From assembly GCA_964019335.1 (NCBI GenBank), contig OZ025652.1:620001-684000 (forward strand): DNA of 64,000 nucleotides. The letters run 5' to 3'. A model generated the notes under the pieces. It saw only the letters and a list, made by a program, of their open reading frames with translations. It did no database searches and was not told the origin of the DNA. Positions 23,174 to 35,620 of the stretch are shown piece after piece. Within the stretch, counting starts at the first letter, position 1; each line of letters starts with the position of its first letter. Source of the stretch: Diplonema japonicum (taxonomy: Eukaryota > Protista > Euglenozoa: Diplonemea). The position numbers and the translations under genes are program-made.

Positions 23174-23746
23174 ATATCTTGGGTGAGACAGGTACAGCCG
23201 AGCTTACCAGTTTGTCGCAAAGAACATCAGCTGCGTTTAATTCACCCCTGTGCCTTGTGGTGGTAAGGATATTCTTTTTTTTTCATTCCATTTTGTTTCT
23301 TCTTTTTTTTTTTTGCCGTTGTCAGGTGTGGACGAGTTGTTTACCACTTGCCCGAAGGCATCGTATAGGTATAGGGGCGATGTCCAGATAGTAGCTGTGG
23401 TTTGTCATCATTCTCAAAAGAAGCTTTTGTTGTTCTTTTTTTCCCCATTTCCACATCTCCCAAACAGTAATGAGAACACGATGGCTACGAGGAAGCAAGC
23501 CCGCCCTTCTGCTGCTGGTCACTCAAAAGAAAGGACTTCCCTCTCTTCCATTTCCCCCATCCCACCACCCCTTTCCCTCCTCATTTCCCAAAAAGGCTCA
23601 GAAAAGGTACTCACATCTCATTCGGCGGGAGGAGGACAGCAGAAGCATCACCCTCAGCCTCCTCCCTCGTCAGAAATGAGGAATGCCATTGGAGTTTGTT
23701 GTTGGTCATCACAGCCTCCTTCCGGAAAAAAAAACGAAACAAAGGA

Positions 23747-23780
<34 letters not shown>

Positions 23781-24115
23781 CAGTAAATCATGACTCAGAA
23801 GTACGTTCACTTGCTGCCAGCACAATGGCCAACAGCATCAACAAACAAACCAGCAATTGAGTGAAGTGGTAATCATCTCCACTGTTGCAAAAAAGAAGAC
23901 ACTCCTGATCAGGTGTGGACGAGTTGTTTACCACTTGCCCGAAGGCATCGTATAGGTATAGGGGCGATGTCCAGATAGTAGCTGTGGTTTGTCATCATTT
24001 CAGTTCCTTTTGTTTCTTCCGTTCTTCTCCTCTGTTTTCCCATTTCCACATCTCCCAAACAGTAATGAGAACACGATGGCTACGAGGAAGCAAGCCCGCC
24101 CTTCTGCTGCTGGTC
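23174..24115 (-). ncRNA. Free-standing snoRNA cluster; transcription order D(24048-24115), E(23907-24000), B(23792-23883), C(23595-23716), D(23453-23520), E(23320-23414), F(23174-23250)
   Basis: Minus-strand units with RTGATGA..CTGA boxes, or single hairpins ending AGA-NNN; same units as in PFR1 intron 2. Confidence 0.85.
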
Positions 24116-24472
24116 GCCAAAAGCTCAAAGAAGGAAACGATAAGAAAAGAAGAAAGACAAGCAGGACAACCAAGAGTGTCGGTGGGCAAAGACATCAGAA
24201 CCTAATTGTGGTTGTTGCCGCTCATGAGCTTCCCCGATCTGGTCGAGGGCTTCGCGAAGAGGAATCCAAGTACAAGAGATCATCACTTGTCTGCCGGGGT
24301 TTGCTTGCAAATTTAGAACAGCAGTTTCAATAAAAACAAATAAAAAGACTATGCAACCAAAAAACACCATTGCAGGCTTGCTGTGATTGAGAGAAGCTCG
24401 CAAGTATCCGGAATGGTCTAAGAAGGCTGCTAGTGACTCTACGTGTGTTCTAGCTGTACAGGTGCATGTCGG

Positions 24473-27400
24473 CTACCAATCTAAGTGGCCAAACCTGTCA
24501 ACGGTGTCTTGCGACTGTTTCAGATCCTTCTGGACCTTCTTCCTCATGTAGAAGACGGAGCAGTCCCTGTTGGTGCAGAGAACCGTTTCATGGAGTGACC
24601 CTTGACATCTCTGGCACTGTGTCCACACACGAGAAAACAACGACCCATAGTATTTGCGTTTGCTGAGCTCGCGTGCGTAGATGCTGGCCTCGTTGGGTTT
24701 GCAGCAATCACAGAGGGGACCCACAGCATCTGACGACAGCTTTGCCTTGCACCCTACGCACGACAGGACAACCTTCGCAAACTTCATCAGCATACTGTTT
24801 GTGGGTGTAGGGTTGGCCATCTTCCTCGTGTGCGCACCTTGCAACAATGTGGCTTCCGGATGGGGGATCACACCCTCAAATAACCGCAGTAGTGGCAACT
24901 TCAACTGGTGCTGCAGGTAGTACTGGGCATCGATAGGTAAGTTCTTCTCCAAAACGTAGAGAGGGTCCTCTGACTTCTCATAGGCCTTGGCGTCCTTGAG
25001 CCCCCTGACAAAGACGTATGGCACACGGTCACCGACAGAAGGTGCTGATCCAGGGTCGCGCTGTCTCATCCTCTCTGCGAGCTCTGCGTGTGCTTGCCTT
25101 CCCGCGTAGTCCTCCCTGTCCATGGTGAGGGTTTTGGAGATGACCAGGTGCGACACGTCGAGTCTGTTCATCAGAAGGTCGCTGATGACCTGCTTCACGT
25201 AGTCGACTGCTTTATCGACCGACCTGTCGAGCAAGATGGTTTTTAGGACTTTCTGCACCAAGTTGGCAACCAGAGGGCAGTTGTCCCTACGCACGGACTC
25301 GATACCCTTGGCGTCGAGTTTGTCGTGTTTGTCAGCGTTCGTCCATAGCAGTCCTGCGTATCGTTTCTTGTTCATCAGCAGGTATGGGAAGTAGCATTTC
25401 TCGAACTCCAGTTTCACAGGGTTGGGGAACAGCTTCGTAACTTCGTCGGCGGCCTCTTTCCCCAGCTCCATCGACCTCTCGAGCGATGTTTTGGAACCAA
25501 AGCTCACCATGACAGAGTCGGTGTCGCCGTACACCACCGTCGCGTCTGCCTCGTAGCCGTTCTCCTTTGTGTACGTCTTCTCAACAGCGTTCTTTGTTAC
25601 GTCGATCATCTGCCTACCGTATGCGGTTACTGCTCTACTGATCGCAAGGCAGGGAAGCTTCCCTACCGTCGCTCCGGTGAACCCGTAAACGGAGTTCGCA
25701 GAGATCTTCAAAGCAAGTTGCCGCCCGTTGTATACAGCCTGCTCCATGGGGTCGGTTGCCTCGGCCATTGCTCGTTTCGCCTTCTTTCTCTCGGCGAGGA
25801 GATCTTGCAAGATGCGGGGAAGTAGCCCGTGCTTCTTGGACTTCACGGCAAACGCACACCCGTCAGCTGCGGGCGAGCATTCGTATTCAGTCTTGCCCAA
25901 ACCGAATTTATCGGCCTGTCCTGGGTTCAGCAGAGTAGAGTAGCAAAGATTGTGAGCCATCATGATGGAAGGGTATAGCGATGCAAAATCGAGAGTAGCG
26001 ATGGGGTGGTCGTAGAAGCCTCTGTGGGGCTCAATGACAGTTGCACCCTGGAATCCGGCTTCTTGAGAGTCACCAATGTCGTGTGTGGGGAACAGGAGGT
26101 TCTCGTGCAGGGTCTTTCTTAGGATCTGTGAATAGACCTTAATCTGCTGCCCCTTGTCGATGAGCCAGGAGAGGGGCACACCCGACACACGCGCCATTTC
26201 AATAAGGTTAACAACTGTCATCAATTTCTCCATCAAGCGGAGGGGGAGCACTGCATCTTTGAAGCAGTACCGTGCGAGTCTGTTTCGGGTTTCCGGGTTG
26301 CCGTTCTGCAGCGTTGCAATGATAGAGTGGTGCACGTCCTCCTTCTGTTCTCCGAGGAAGTTGTGCGACACGTTGTTCAGCGTGTAGGAGCGCAGCTTGT
26401 GCTCCTTTTGGATGACCACAAGCAGATCGACGATGACATTCCCAGGAAGGTCGAACTCCTGGAACTCACGCCTGCCGTGCGCCTTGCTCTGGAAGACTCT
26501 TGTTTTCATTGTAGTCGCCAAGGTAACCATTCTGGATAAAAAAGGAAACTTCACAAGATTCAGCGTGCTGGCACGGTTCAGTAGATACGGGACATCGAAG
26601 TTGACTATGTTGTACCCTGTCACAACGTCTGTGTTCACCGCACGGTAGAAGTCAGCAAAGGCCATCAACAAGTCCTTCTCATCCTCGAAGCAGTACAATT
26701 GCACTCCGGGGATGGGCGCTGTCTCCTTCAAACAGAACACAACGTTCACGAAAGATTCCCTCTCCTGTAGCATCCTCACCGAGGCGGCAATCTGGATCAC
26801 AGGGTCGTGCTCTGCTTCCGGGAACTTCCCAGGCCTCCCTTCACACTCAATATCGAAGGACATAATACGCACTGGAGCGATTTTCATAAAATCGCCCGTG
26901 CACTCATGCGGTACGAGCTTGTCGAAGGCTATAGTGAGCTCGATTTGACTACGCGACTCCTTCTCTCCAAGATGCGGTGTGAAGGACCCTGCCGGGCATG
27001 TGATCCAGTTGCTTCCACCAATATGGTTGTCGACCATGAAACGCAGTGGGAATAACACATTTGACTCGTAGGTGATGAACTGGAACTGTCCCGACCACAG
27101 GGGCGGGAACTCCACACCACCGCCTGCTTTGCCCTGCAAGAGGTCCCTGATACGTGTCACGTACCCAGGCATCAACGCAGTGATACGCAGGAAGGGTTGG
27201 TACTGTTCGTTCTGGTAGCCTAATAGAGACATTTTGTTTTCCACACTGATGGCTTGGACGACATCGGGGGTACCAGTGCCAACTGGTGGTGGGCCTTCGA
27301 GTCTAGTGTTCAGCATTCTTCTGAAGAGCTCTGCGTGGGAAGGACGCCAGCCAGGTGGTGCTTGGATCCAGATATACGGCTGAAAGCCGTGCACCACAGC

Positions 27401-27625
27401 CAGAACACTTTGCCCTTCACTCGTTACACCGAAGATCCTGATGCCTGTGATCTCCTTCACGTTCTGCGGGCCGGGCATGCCAGGAACAGGTGGTGAACGA
27501 AACTGATTGATGTCCATCAGTTGGAACGTCACATCTTTCTTGAACCATTCTTTCTCGACAGGCTTCCTCGCATACGCAGGGTCAGGTATGTATCTCTTTC
27601 CACCTGCGACTTCATAATACTCCAT
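24473..27625 (-). CDS. POLD1: DNA polymerase delta catalytic subunit
   Basis: SFDIEC exonuclease motif, LDFASLYPS, KISANSVYG, YGDTDS, C-terminal CysA/CysB (CQRCQGSLH). Confidence 0.97.
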   Translation of the reverse strand: MEYYEVAGGKRYIPDPAYARKPVEKEWFKKDVTFQLMDINQFRSPPVPGMPGPQNVKEITGIRIFGVTSEGQSVLAVVHGFQPYIWIQAPPGWRPSHAELFRRMLNTRLEGPPPVGTGTPDVVQAISVENKMSLLGYQNEQYQPFLRITALMPGYVTRIRDLLQGKAGGGVEFPPLWSGQFQFITYESNVLFPLRFMVDNHIGGSNWITCPAGSFTPHLGEKESRSQIELTIAFDKLVPHECTGDFMKIAPVRIMSFDIECEGRPGKFPEAEHDPVIQIAASVRMLQERESFVNVVFCLKETAPIPGVQLYCFEDEKDLLMAFADFYRAVNTDVVTGYNIVNFDVPYLLNRASTLNLVKFPFLSRMVTLATTMKTRVFQSKAHGRREFQEFDLPGNVIVDLLVVIQKEHKLRSYTLNNVSHNFLGEQKEDVHHSIIATLQNGNPETRNRLARYCFKDAVLPLRLMEKLMTVVNLIEMARVSGVPLSWLIDKGQQIKVYSQILRKTLHENLLFPTHDIGDSQEAGFQGATVIEPHRGFYDHPIATLDFASLYPSIMMAHNLCYSTLLNPGQADKFGLGKTEYECSPAADGCAFAVKSKKHGLLPRILQDLLAERKKAKRAMAEATDPMEQAVYNGRQLALKISANSVYGFTGATVGKLPCLAISRAVTAYGRQMIDVTKNAVEKTYTKENGYEADATVVYGDTDSVMVSFGSKTSLERSMELGKEAADEVTKLFPNPVKLEFEKCYFPYLLMNKKRYAGLLWTNADKHDKLDAKGIESVRRDNCPLVANLVQKVLKTILLDRSVDKAVDYVKQVISDLLMNRLDVSHLVISKTLTMDREDYAGRQAHAELAERMRQRDPGSAPSVGDRVPYVFVRGLKDAKAYEKSEDPLYVLEKNLPIDAQYYLQHQLKLPLLRLFEGVIPHPEATLLQGAHTRKMANPTPTNSMLMKFAKVVLSCVGCKAKLSSDAVGPLCDCCKPNEASIYARELSKRKYYGSLFSRVWTQCQRCQGSLHETVLCTNRDCSVFYMRKKVQKDLKQSQDTVDRFGHLDW

Positions 27626-27915
27626 ATTGTGTCCCTAGTTGGTGTTTCAATGGCATACGAAAAATAATACAAGTATAAAACGAAAACAGCAGGGCAGTGG
27701 ACCGTCGCACAATCAGAAGAGAATGCTCCAGCGTCCAATTCTTTTTCTTTTTCTTTTTCTTTCCATTCTTTTGCTTTTTCTTCTTCTTTTTTTTCCCCGT
27801 CGTTCTGCTTCACATTCTTTGCTCCTTCTTTAGCTGCTGTTCGGGGACAGGATTGAGGTCACCTAGGAAGGCACCTCAACCTTTTCTCAGCGATTTTATG
27901 GCGACTGACATTATT

Positions 27916-30840
27916 TTATTCAAGTGCTTCTACAGGTGCATCGTTGCCAGCTGTAATCCTCTCTTGCGTTGATCTTAAAGTTTTCGCCCTCTTGATCTCC
28001 TCACGTTCTGCTGCAATTTTAACCTCCTCTTGCTTCGATAAGTGTGCCTGTGATTTTTGTTTTTGTTTAGATTATCTCTCTCTTTCCCTCTTCTTTTAAA
28101 AATCTTTTAACACCGTACCTTGTACTCGACCATCTTTGACTTCCTGGAGAGGACCTCTTCGTTGTTCTCGTCGACAGGGTGCTGGAACTCGTGCCCCGCA
28201 GCGTCGAGGGCCTCTTCGGACTCCTTGAAGTCGTCCATCGCCTTTGCCTGCTTCTCCTTCAGGAGGCCCAGCTCCTCCTCCACAGAGTGCCGCAGGTTGT
28301 ACAGTTCCTTCTTCTGGTCGGAGTGCTTCTTCGCGTTCGGGTCGAAGGTCTCGATGCAGAACTCCAGCTGGATGTGCGTGCTCCTGATGGTCCTGTCGAT
28401 CTCCTCCAACCTCTTCTCCTTCTTGTAGATGAGGGACCCGAGCGTGAGGTACAGCATCCTGAAGTACTCCAGGTGCTCCTTGTGCACCCTGATCCTCAGG
28501 TCCGACAGCTCCTGGTTCGTCTTGTCGTACCTCGCCTTCACCGCGCTGCACCCCTCAGCCACAAGCTCCTCGATCAACCCCGTGCACCTGATCGCGAGGT
28601 CGCAGTTGTACACAGTCAGCTCCAACAGCTTCTTGTGCTGAGAAGCCACCTCCAAGAACTGTGCGTACTCCACCCTCCTCTTCTCCTCCCTGTCGTTCTC
28701 TTCGATCCTCCTCTTCACCTCCTCGAACCTCTCTGTTCCCTGCTTCTGCAGCTGTCTCTCGAGGTCCTGGATCTTCCTCCAGCACTCCTCCTGCTTCTCG
28801 AGGTTCTCCTTCACGAATCTTTCGCTTTTGTCCTGTTTTTTTTTTTGTTTTTGTTTTTTGCTTTCCTCTTTTTTTCACACCTTCATCGCCGCAAATCTCT
28901 TCATCGACTCTGCGTCCTCCAAGTCTGCCTTCTGGATCGCATCGTGGATGTGCTTCAGGTCAGTCTCGCACCTCTGCTTCAACCTGCGCTTCGCGTCCTT
29001 CATCTGCGAGGTCTCCTGATTAGCCTTCTTCTGCACTTCATAGATCTGTGTTGTTGGGTTGGGGTGTTGTCTTTTGTGTTGGAGTCACGAGTCCGATGTT
29101 AAAAAGTGCTTCAATCACAAGCGTGGATGCCTTTCGGGAACATTGTTAGATACCGAAGAAAAGAAATTCACATGATAGGAAAGAAGTGGTTAGCAACGGC
29201 CCACCGCAAGACAAAAAACCCCATTTCCCATGGCCTGATCAGGTGTGGACGAGTTGTTTACCACTTGCCCGAAGGCATCGTATAGGTATAGGGGCGATGT
29301 CCAGATAGTAGCTGTGGTTTGTCATCATTTCAGCGCCTTTTGTTTTCTCTCTCTCATTCTTCTTCTCGCTTTTCTCTTTTTTCTACATCTCCCAAACAGT
29401 AATGAGAACACGATGGCTACGAGGAAGCAAGCCCGCCCTTCTGCTGCTGGTCACTCAAAGAAAGTACTTCCCTCTCTTCCATTTCCCCGCCCCTTCCCCT
29501 CTTCACTTCCCAAAAAGGCTCAGAAAAGGTACTCACATCTCATTCGGTGGGAGGAGGACAGCAGAAGCATCACCCTCAGCCTCCTCCCTCGTCAGAAATG
29601 AGGAATGCCATTGGAGTTTGTTGTTGGTCATCACAGCCTCCCTCCGGAAAAAAAGCGAAACAGAGGACTACACACACACACACACAACAGTAAATCATGA
29701 CTCAGAAGTACGTTCACTTGCTGCCAGCACAATGGCCAACAGCATCAACAAACAAACCAGCAATTGAGTGAAGTGGTAATTATCTCCACTGTTGTCCACC
29801 TGGTCACACACACATTTGTAAAACAGGCTCAAAAAATTCATTCTTCAGACAAAATAGAAACTGTCAAATCCAGGGGTAGAAGCACAACAGACACTTGTGC
29901 CTGTTCATTTGGGGAAAGAAGAATGGGTGATTGGTCTCATCATGTAAAAAAGAAAAAGAGAAAAAAAAGAGACTCAAAAAAAATAGGAATGCACATAATA
30001 CCCTTCCCTTTCCCCCCTTTTTTTTGTTTTCCACAACCCACACACACCTTCTTGAAGGGAGCGTTCTCGTCCTCTGTCTTTTGGATCAAACGGAACTTGT
30101 CCTTGATGAGCTCGATGAGTCTCTCCTGAAGCTGGATCTTCGTCCAGAACTGCTCCTCCGCAACCTGCATCTCACCGTCGCTCATCGCCACGTTCTGGAT
30201 CTCGTTCACCCTGTCCAGCTGCGACACTTGCGTTGCCACCTTGTGTGGGTGTGTTTCATTATTTTTTTTCTTCTTTTTTTACCTGCTCGTTCGTAGAGGT
30301 AAGGGCTGCCTGGATCTGCGTGACGTTCATGATGTCTTCCATCTGCTTCAGGGTGGTGGCGGGGACCTGTGCGAGCTGGGTTGCATCGAGCTGCGACCTC
30401 CTGAGCTCCTCCTCCACCTTCTCCACTTTGGTGATGGCGTTGTCGATGACCCCAGTGAAGGACACGATCCTCGTCTTGTTCCTGTTGTTTTTCAACTCCG
30501 CCAGCTGCTTCCTCAACCCGATCACGTCCATGAACTGCGGCTTGTCCTCAGGCTTGTACAGCTCCCGCTGCGACATCTCCAGCCCGCACACCCTCATCAG
30601 CTTCGCCAGGTCGTACGCCTCAGTAAGGTTCCACTTCGTCCCCACCTCCACAGCAGTCAGCAGCTCGTGCGCCTTCTCGTGCGCCCCAGACAGCTTCTGC
30701 CTCTGGTTCTCGCTCCAGTCCGATACGTGCAGCTCCTGGATGAACTCCTCGTTCTCCAGGCATGCTGTCTTCAGCTTCAGGTTGTGGATCTTCTGCTTCC
30801 TCGCTGCCTCCAGCGTCACTTCTCCAGACGGGTCGGCCAT
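27916..30840 (-). CDS. PFR1: Paraflagellar rod protein 1, copy A; exons 30283-30840, 30048-30239, 28881-29045, 28119-28832, 27916-28047 (586 aa)
   Basis: LEAARKQKIHNLKLKTACLENEE..HKEHLEYFRMLYLTLGSL, recognised as PFR1-type; four phase-0 GT-AG introns give a continuous frame. Confidence 0.93.
29237..29946 (-). ncRNA. Intronic snoRNA cluster in PFR1 copy A intron 2: A(29843-29946), B(29699-29790), C(29517-29638), D(29385-29452), E(29237-29330)
   Basis: C/D boxes, AGA hairpin and rRNA-antisense guides; units conserved between copies while spacers vary. Confidence 0.85.
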
Positions 30841-31600
30841 CTTTGTCGAGCTGTCTGTCTGTCTGTGGATGTCTTTCCGAAGGAAATAAATGTATTGGAA
30901 TATATAGGTGTTTAAGGAGGTAACAAAAAAAAGGGGGCAAAAAACACATCTGGCTGGATAAGGGTTCTGAAGTCCATGTCCTCCTATCTCTCCCTTACCA
31001 TCATCTATATTTTTTTCCATTCTCCGCCCCATCTCTATTCCTCAAATCAATTATCTATTCACAGAGAGAGAAAAATAAAAAAAGGGGGGAAACCTAGATA
31101 ATTAAAGGTTCGTGTTGACCAATGAAATCGCCAGGCATAGCACAACTCTCCTGAGGTAATAAGTTTTGCCTAGTTAACACTCTAATGCAATAGCCTGAAA
31201 AGGCGAACATTGTGTTAATTTAAAAAGAGGGAAAAAAAGGAGAGGGGGGGAGAGCAGACATAACGCTTGCGCGCTCAATCGTCATACAGGCCTACCTGTC
31301 TGGTTCGAGACAATAAGAGTAAAACAAAAATTAACTATGATGGGGGGGGGGGGGGGGCAGGGAACTGTTACTTGATTTTTTCTCCCTCCTTTCCCCCCTT
31401 TTTTTTTGTACAGGAGGAAAAAAGGAAAAGGGGGGTGATACGAGGGGGATTTTTGTTCACAGATATCTTTATTAACAATAATGAGAATTCTTTTTTTTTA
31501 AATTGGTTAACATAAACATTTGTAGATCACCTATAAAGGTGCTTCCGTACTGCACGAGTGAGCTGGTAAGGTGAAGTGTTCATAACGAATGACATCCGTC

Positions 31601-34600
31601 TCACTCCAAGGGTTTCACAAGGGTGCCCTTCGGCTGGGAGGCGATGGCCTCGTGCTGAGTAGTCTTCAGAGCTTTCGCCCTCTTGATCTCCTCACGTTCT
31701 GCTGCGATCTTAACCTCTTCTTGCTTCGACAAGTGTGCCTGTTTTTTTGTTTTTGTTTTTGTTTTTGAATCCATTTTAATGTAACACTGTACCTTGTACT
31801 CGACCATCTTTGACCTCCTGGAGAGGACCTCTTCGTTGTTCTCGTCGACAGGGTGCTGGAACTCGTGCCCCGCAGCGTCGAGGGCCTCTTCGGACTCCTT
31901 GAAGTCGTCCATCGCCTTTGCCTGCTTCTCCTTCAGGAGGCCCAGCTCCTCCTCCACAGAGTGCCGCAGGTTGTACAGTTCCTTCTTCTGGTCGGAGTGC
32001 TTCTTCGCGTTCGGGTCGAAGGTCTCGATGCAGAACTCCAGCTGGATGTGCGTGCTCCTGATGGTCCTGTCGATCTCCTCCAACCTCTTCTCCTTCTTGT
32101 AGATGAGGGACCCGAGCGTGAGGTACAGCATCCTGAAGTACTCCAGGTGCTCCTTGTGCACCCTGATCCTCAGGTCCGACAGCTCCTGGTTCGTCTTGTC
32201 GTACCTCGCCTTCACCGCGCTGCACCCCTCAGCCACAAGCTCCTCGATCAACCCCGTGCACCTGATCGCGAGGTCGCAGTTGTACACAGTCAGCTCCAAC
32301 AGCTTCTTGTGCTGAGAAGCCACCTCCAAGAACTGTGCGTACTCCACCCTCCTCTTCTCCTCCCTGTCGTTCTCTTCGATCCTCCTCTTCACCTCCTCGA
32401 ACCTCTCTGTTCCCTGCTTCTGCAGCTGTCTCTCGAGGTCCTGGATCTTCCTCCAGCACTCCTCCTGCTTCTCGAGGTTCTCCTTCACGAATCTTTCGCT
32501 TTTGTCCTGTTTTTTTTTTGATTTTCTTTGTTTACTTTCCCTTCTTTTTTCACACCTTCATCGCCGCAAACCTCTTCATCGACTCTGCGTCCTCCAAGTC
32601 TGCCTTCTGGATCGCATCGTGGATGTGCTTCAGGTCAGTCTCGCACCTCTGCTTCAACCTGCGCTTCGCGTCCTTCATCTGCGAGGTCTCCTGATTAGCC
32701 TTCTTCTGCACTTCATAGATCTGTGTTGTTGGGTTGGGGTGTTGTCTTTTGTGTTGGAGTCACGAGTTTTCTTTTTTTTTTTTTTTTTCCGGTATTAAAA
32801 AGTGTTTTGATCATGTTGCAAGCATTTTTCTTTCGGGTTTTAGTAAAAATTGTTTGGTTCAAAAAATGAAATCCCCATTTCCCTTTGGCCTGATCAGGTG
32901 TGGACGAGTTGTTTACCACTTGCCCGAAGGCATCGTATAGGTATAGGGGCGATGTCCAGATAGTAGCTGTGGTTTGTCATCATTCTCAGCTTATCGCTTA
33001 ATGCTCTCAAACCCTTCCCCCATCTTTCTCTCCACATCTCCCAAACAGTAATGAGAACACGACAGCTATGAGGAAGCAAGCGTGCCCTTCTGCTGCTGGT
33101 CGCTGACGAAAGGAATCATCAGACAATAAAGAGAAAAAAGAGGAATGTGTTCTTCAGACAAAATAGAAACTGTCAAATCCAGGGGTAGAAGCACAACAGA
33201 CACTTGTGCCTGTTCATTTAGGGAAAGAAGAATGGGTGATTGGTCTCATCATGCGTGTGGACTGTTCTTGTTTGAAACACAAAAACTTAAAAGATTTTAA
33301 AAAAAAACAAATTTCTCTTGGGTGAGACAGGTACAGCCGAGCTTACCAGTTTGTCGCGAAGAACATCAGCTGCGTTTAATTCACCCCTGTGCCTTGTGTT
33401 GGTAAGGATCCCTTTATTGTCCGCTTCTTCTTTTTTTCTTGCCTTTTGTTGTCTTCTCTCTTCTATGGTCAGGTGTGGACGAGTTGTTTACCACTTGCCC
33501 GAAGGCATCGTATAGGTATAGGGGCGATGTCCAGATAGTAGCTGTGGTTTGTCATCATTCTCAGAGAACACAGGTTGCGTTACCTTTCTCTTCTCTCTCC
33601 TCCACATCTCCCAAACAGTAATGAGAACACGATGGCTACGAGGAAGCAAGCCCGCCCTTCTGCTGCTGGTCACTCAAAGAAAAGGACTTTCCTCTCTTCT
33701 ATTTCCCCCATCCCACCACCCCTTTCCCTCCTCATTTCCCAAAAAGGCTCAGAAAAGGTACTCACATCTCATTCGGTGGGAGGAGGACAGCAGAAGCATC
33801 ACCCTCAGCCTCCTCCCTCGTCAGAAATGAGGAATGCCATTGGAGTTTGTTGTTGGTCATCACAGCCTCCCTCCGGAAAAAAAGCGAAACAGAGGACTAC
33901 ACACACACACACACAACAGTAAATCATGACTCAGAAGTACGTTCACTTGCTGCCAGCACAATGGCCAACAGCATCAACAAACAAACCAGCAATTGAGTGA
34001 AGTGGTAATCATCTCCACTGTTGTCCACCTGGTCACACACACATTTGTAAAACAGGCTCAAAAAATTCATTCTTCAGACAAAATAGAAACTGTCAAATCC
34101 AGGGGTAGAAGCACAACAGACACTTGTGCCTGTTCATTTGGGGAAAGAAGAATGGGTGATTGGTCTCATCATGTAAAAAAGAAAAAGAGAAAAAAAAGAG
34201 ACTCAAAAAAAATAGGAATGCACATAATACCCTTCCCTTTCCCCCCTTTTTTTTGTTTTCCACAACCCACACACACCTTCTTGAAGGGAGCGTTCTCGTC
34301 CTCTGTCTTTTGGATCAAACGGAACTTGTCCTTGATGAGCTCGATGAGTCTCTCCTGAAGCTGGATCTTCGTCCAGAACTGCTCCTCCGCAACCTGCATC
34401 TCACCGTCGCTCATCGCCACGTTCTGGATCTCGTTCACCCTGTCCAGCTGCGACACTTGCGTTGCCACCTTGTGTGGGTGTGTTTCATTATTTTTTTTCT
34501 TCTTTTTTTACCTGCTCGTTCGTAGAGGTAAGGGCTGCCTGGATCTGCGTGACGTTCATGATGTCTTCCATCTGCTTCAGGGTGGTGGCGGGGACCTGTG

Positions 34601-35069
34601 CGAGCTGGGTTGCATCGAGCTGCGACCTCCTGAGCTCCTCCTCCACCTTCTCCACTTTGGTGATGGCGTTGTCGATGACCCCAGTGAAGGACACGATCCT
34701 CGTCTTGTTCCTGTTGTTTTTCAACTCCGCCAGCTGCTTCCTCAACCCGATCACGTCCATGAACTGCGGCTTGTCCTCAGGCTTGTACAGCTCCCGCTGC
34801 GACATCTCCAGCCCGCACACCCTCATCAGCTTCGCCAGGTCGTACGCCTCAGTAAGGTTCCACTTCGTCCCCACCTCCACAGCAGTCAGCAGCTCGTGCG
34901 CCTTCTCGTGCGCCCCAGACAGCTTCTGCCTCTGGTTCTCGCTCCAGTCCGATACGTGCAGCTCCTGGATGAACTCCTCGTTCTCCAGGCATGCTGTCTT
35001 CAGCTTCAGGTTGTGGATCTTCTGCTTCCTCGCTGCCTCCAGCGTCACTTCTCCAGACGGGTCGGCCAT
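31601..35069 (-). CDS. PFR1: Paraflagellar rod protein 1, copy B; exons 34512-35069, 34277-34468, 32556-32720, 31793-32506, 31601-31738 (588 aa)
   Basis: Same exon structure as copy A; intron 2 is 32721-34276. Confidence 0.93.
32892..34175 (-). ncRNA. Intronic snoRNA cluster in PFR1 copy B intron 2, nine units: A,B,C,D,E,F,A',D',E'
   Basis: A 34072-34175, B 33928-34019, C 33746-33867, D 33604-33671, E 33467-33560, F 33313-33389, A' 33152-33255, D' 33034-33101, E' 32892-32985. Confidence 0.87.
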
Positions 35070-35620
35070 CTTTGTCGAGCTGTCTGTCTGTCTGTCTGTC
35101 TGTCTGGATGTCTTGCCGAAGGAAGTAAAAGGATAAGAGCTAAGAAAACTGATAACACTAAATTGTTTCCACACACGCTGCGTGCAGTCTATGGCCACCA
35201 ACCGTGCTACTCAGTGACAGAGGCACAGGCGGGTACGAGCAGCACAAAGCAGGCTGAGCATGAGGGAGGTCAGGAAGTCCAAAAAGAGAAAAGGCGGTGT
35301 GGCGCACACCTCACTCGACCAAGGGGACGTGCTAGTTGTCCGCAGGCAGCAGCCACTATTTTCCCCCCCATTCATTTTCTACATTCACATTTCTCCATTT
35401 ATTTGCAGTCGCTTAGGGAAAAAAAGGGGGTGAGGGGGGCAATAGAAGATCACGTTCGCTGAGCAGAGAAAGCAACAAAACGACAGGATTATTCAAGAGG
35501 AAACCCTAACACTCAGGTTTTATGCTCTCGTCTCAGACTAGAGAAGAAGAAAATAAGAAAAGACGATTGTAAAATAAAATAAAAGGGGGGGGGTGAAAGA
35601 AATCAACCTTCTTCTTTTCT

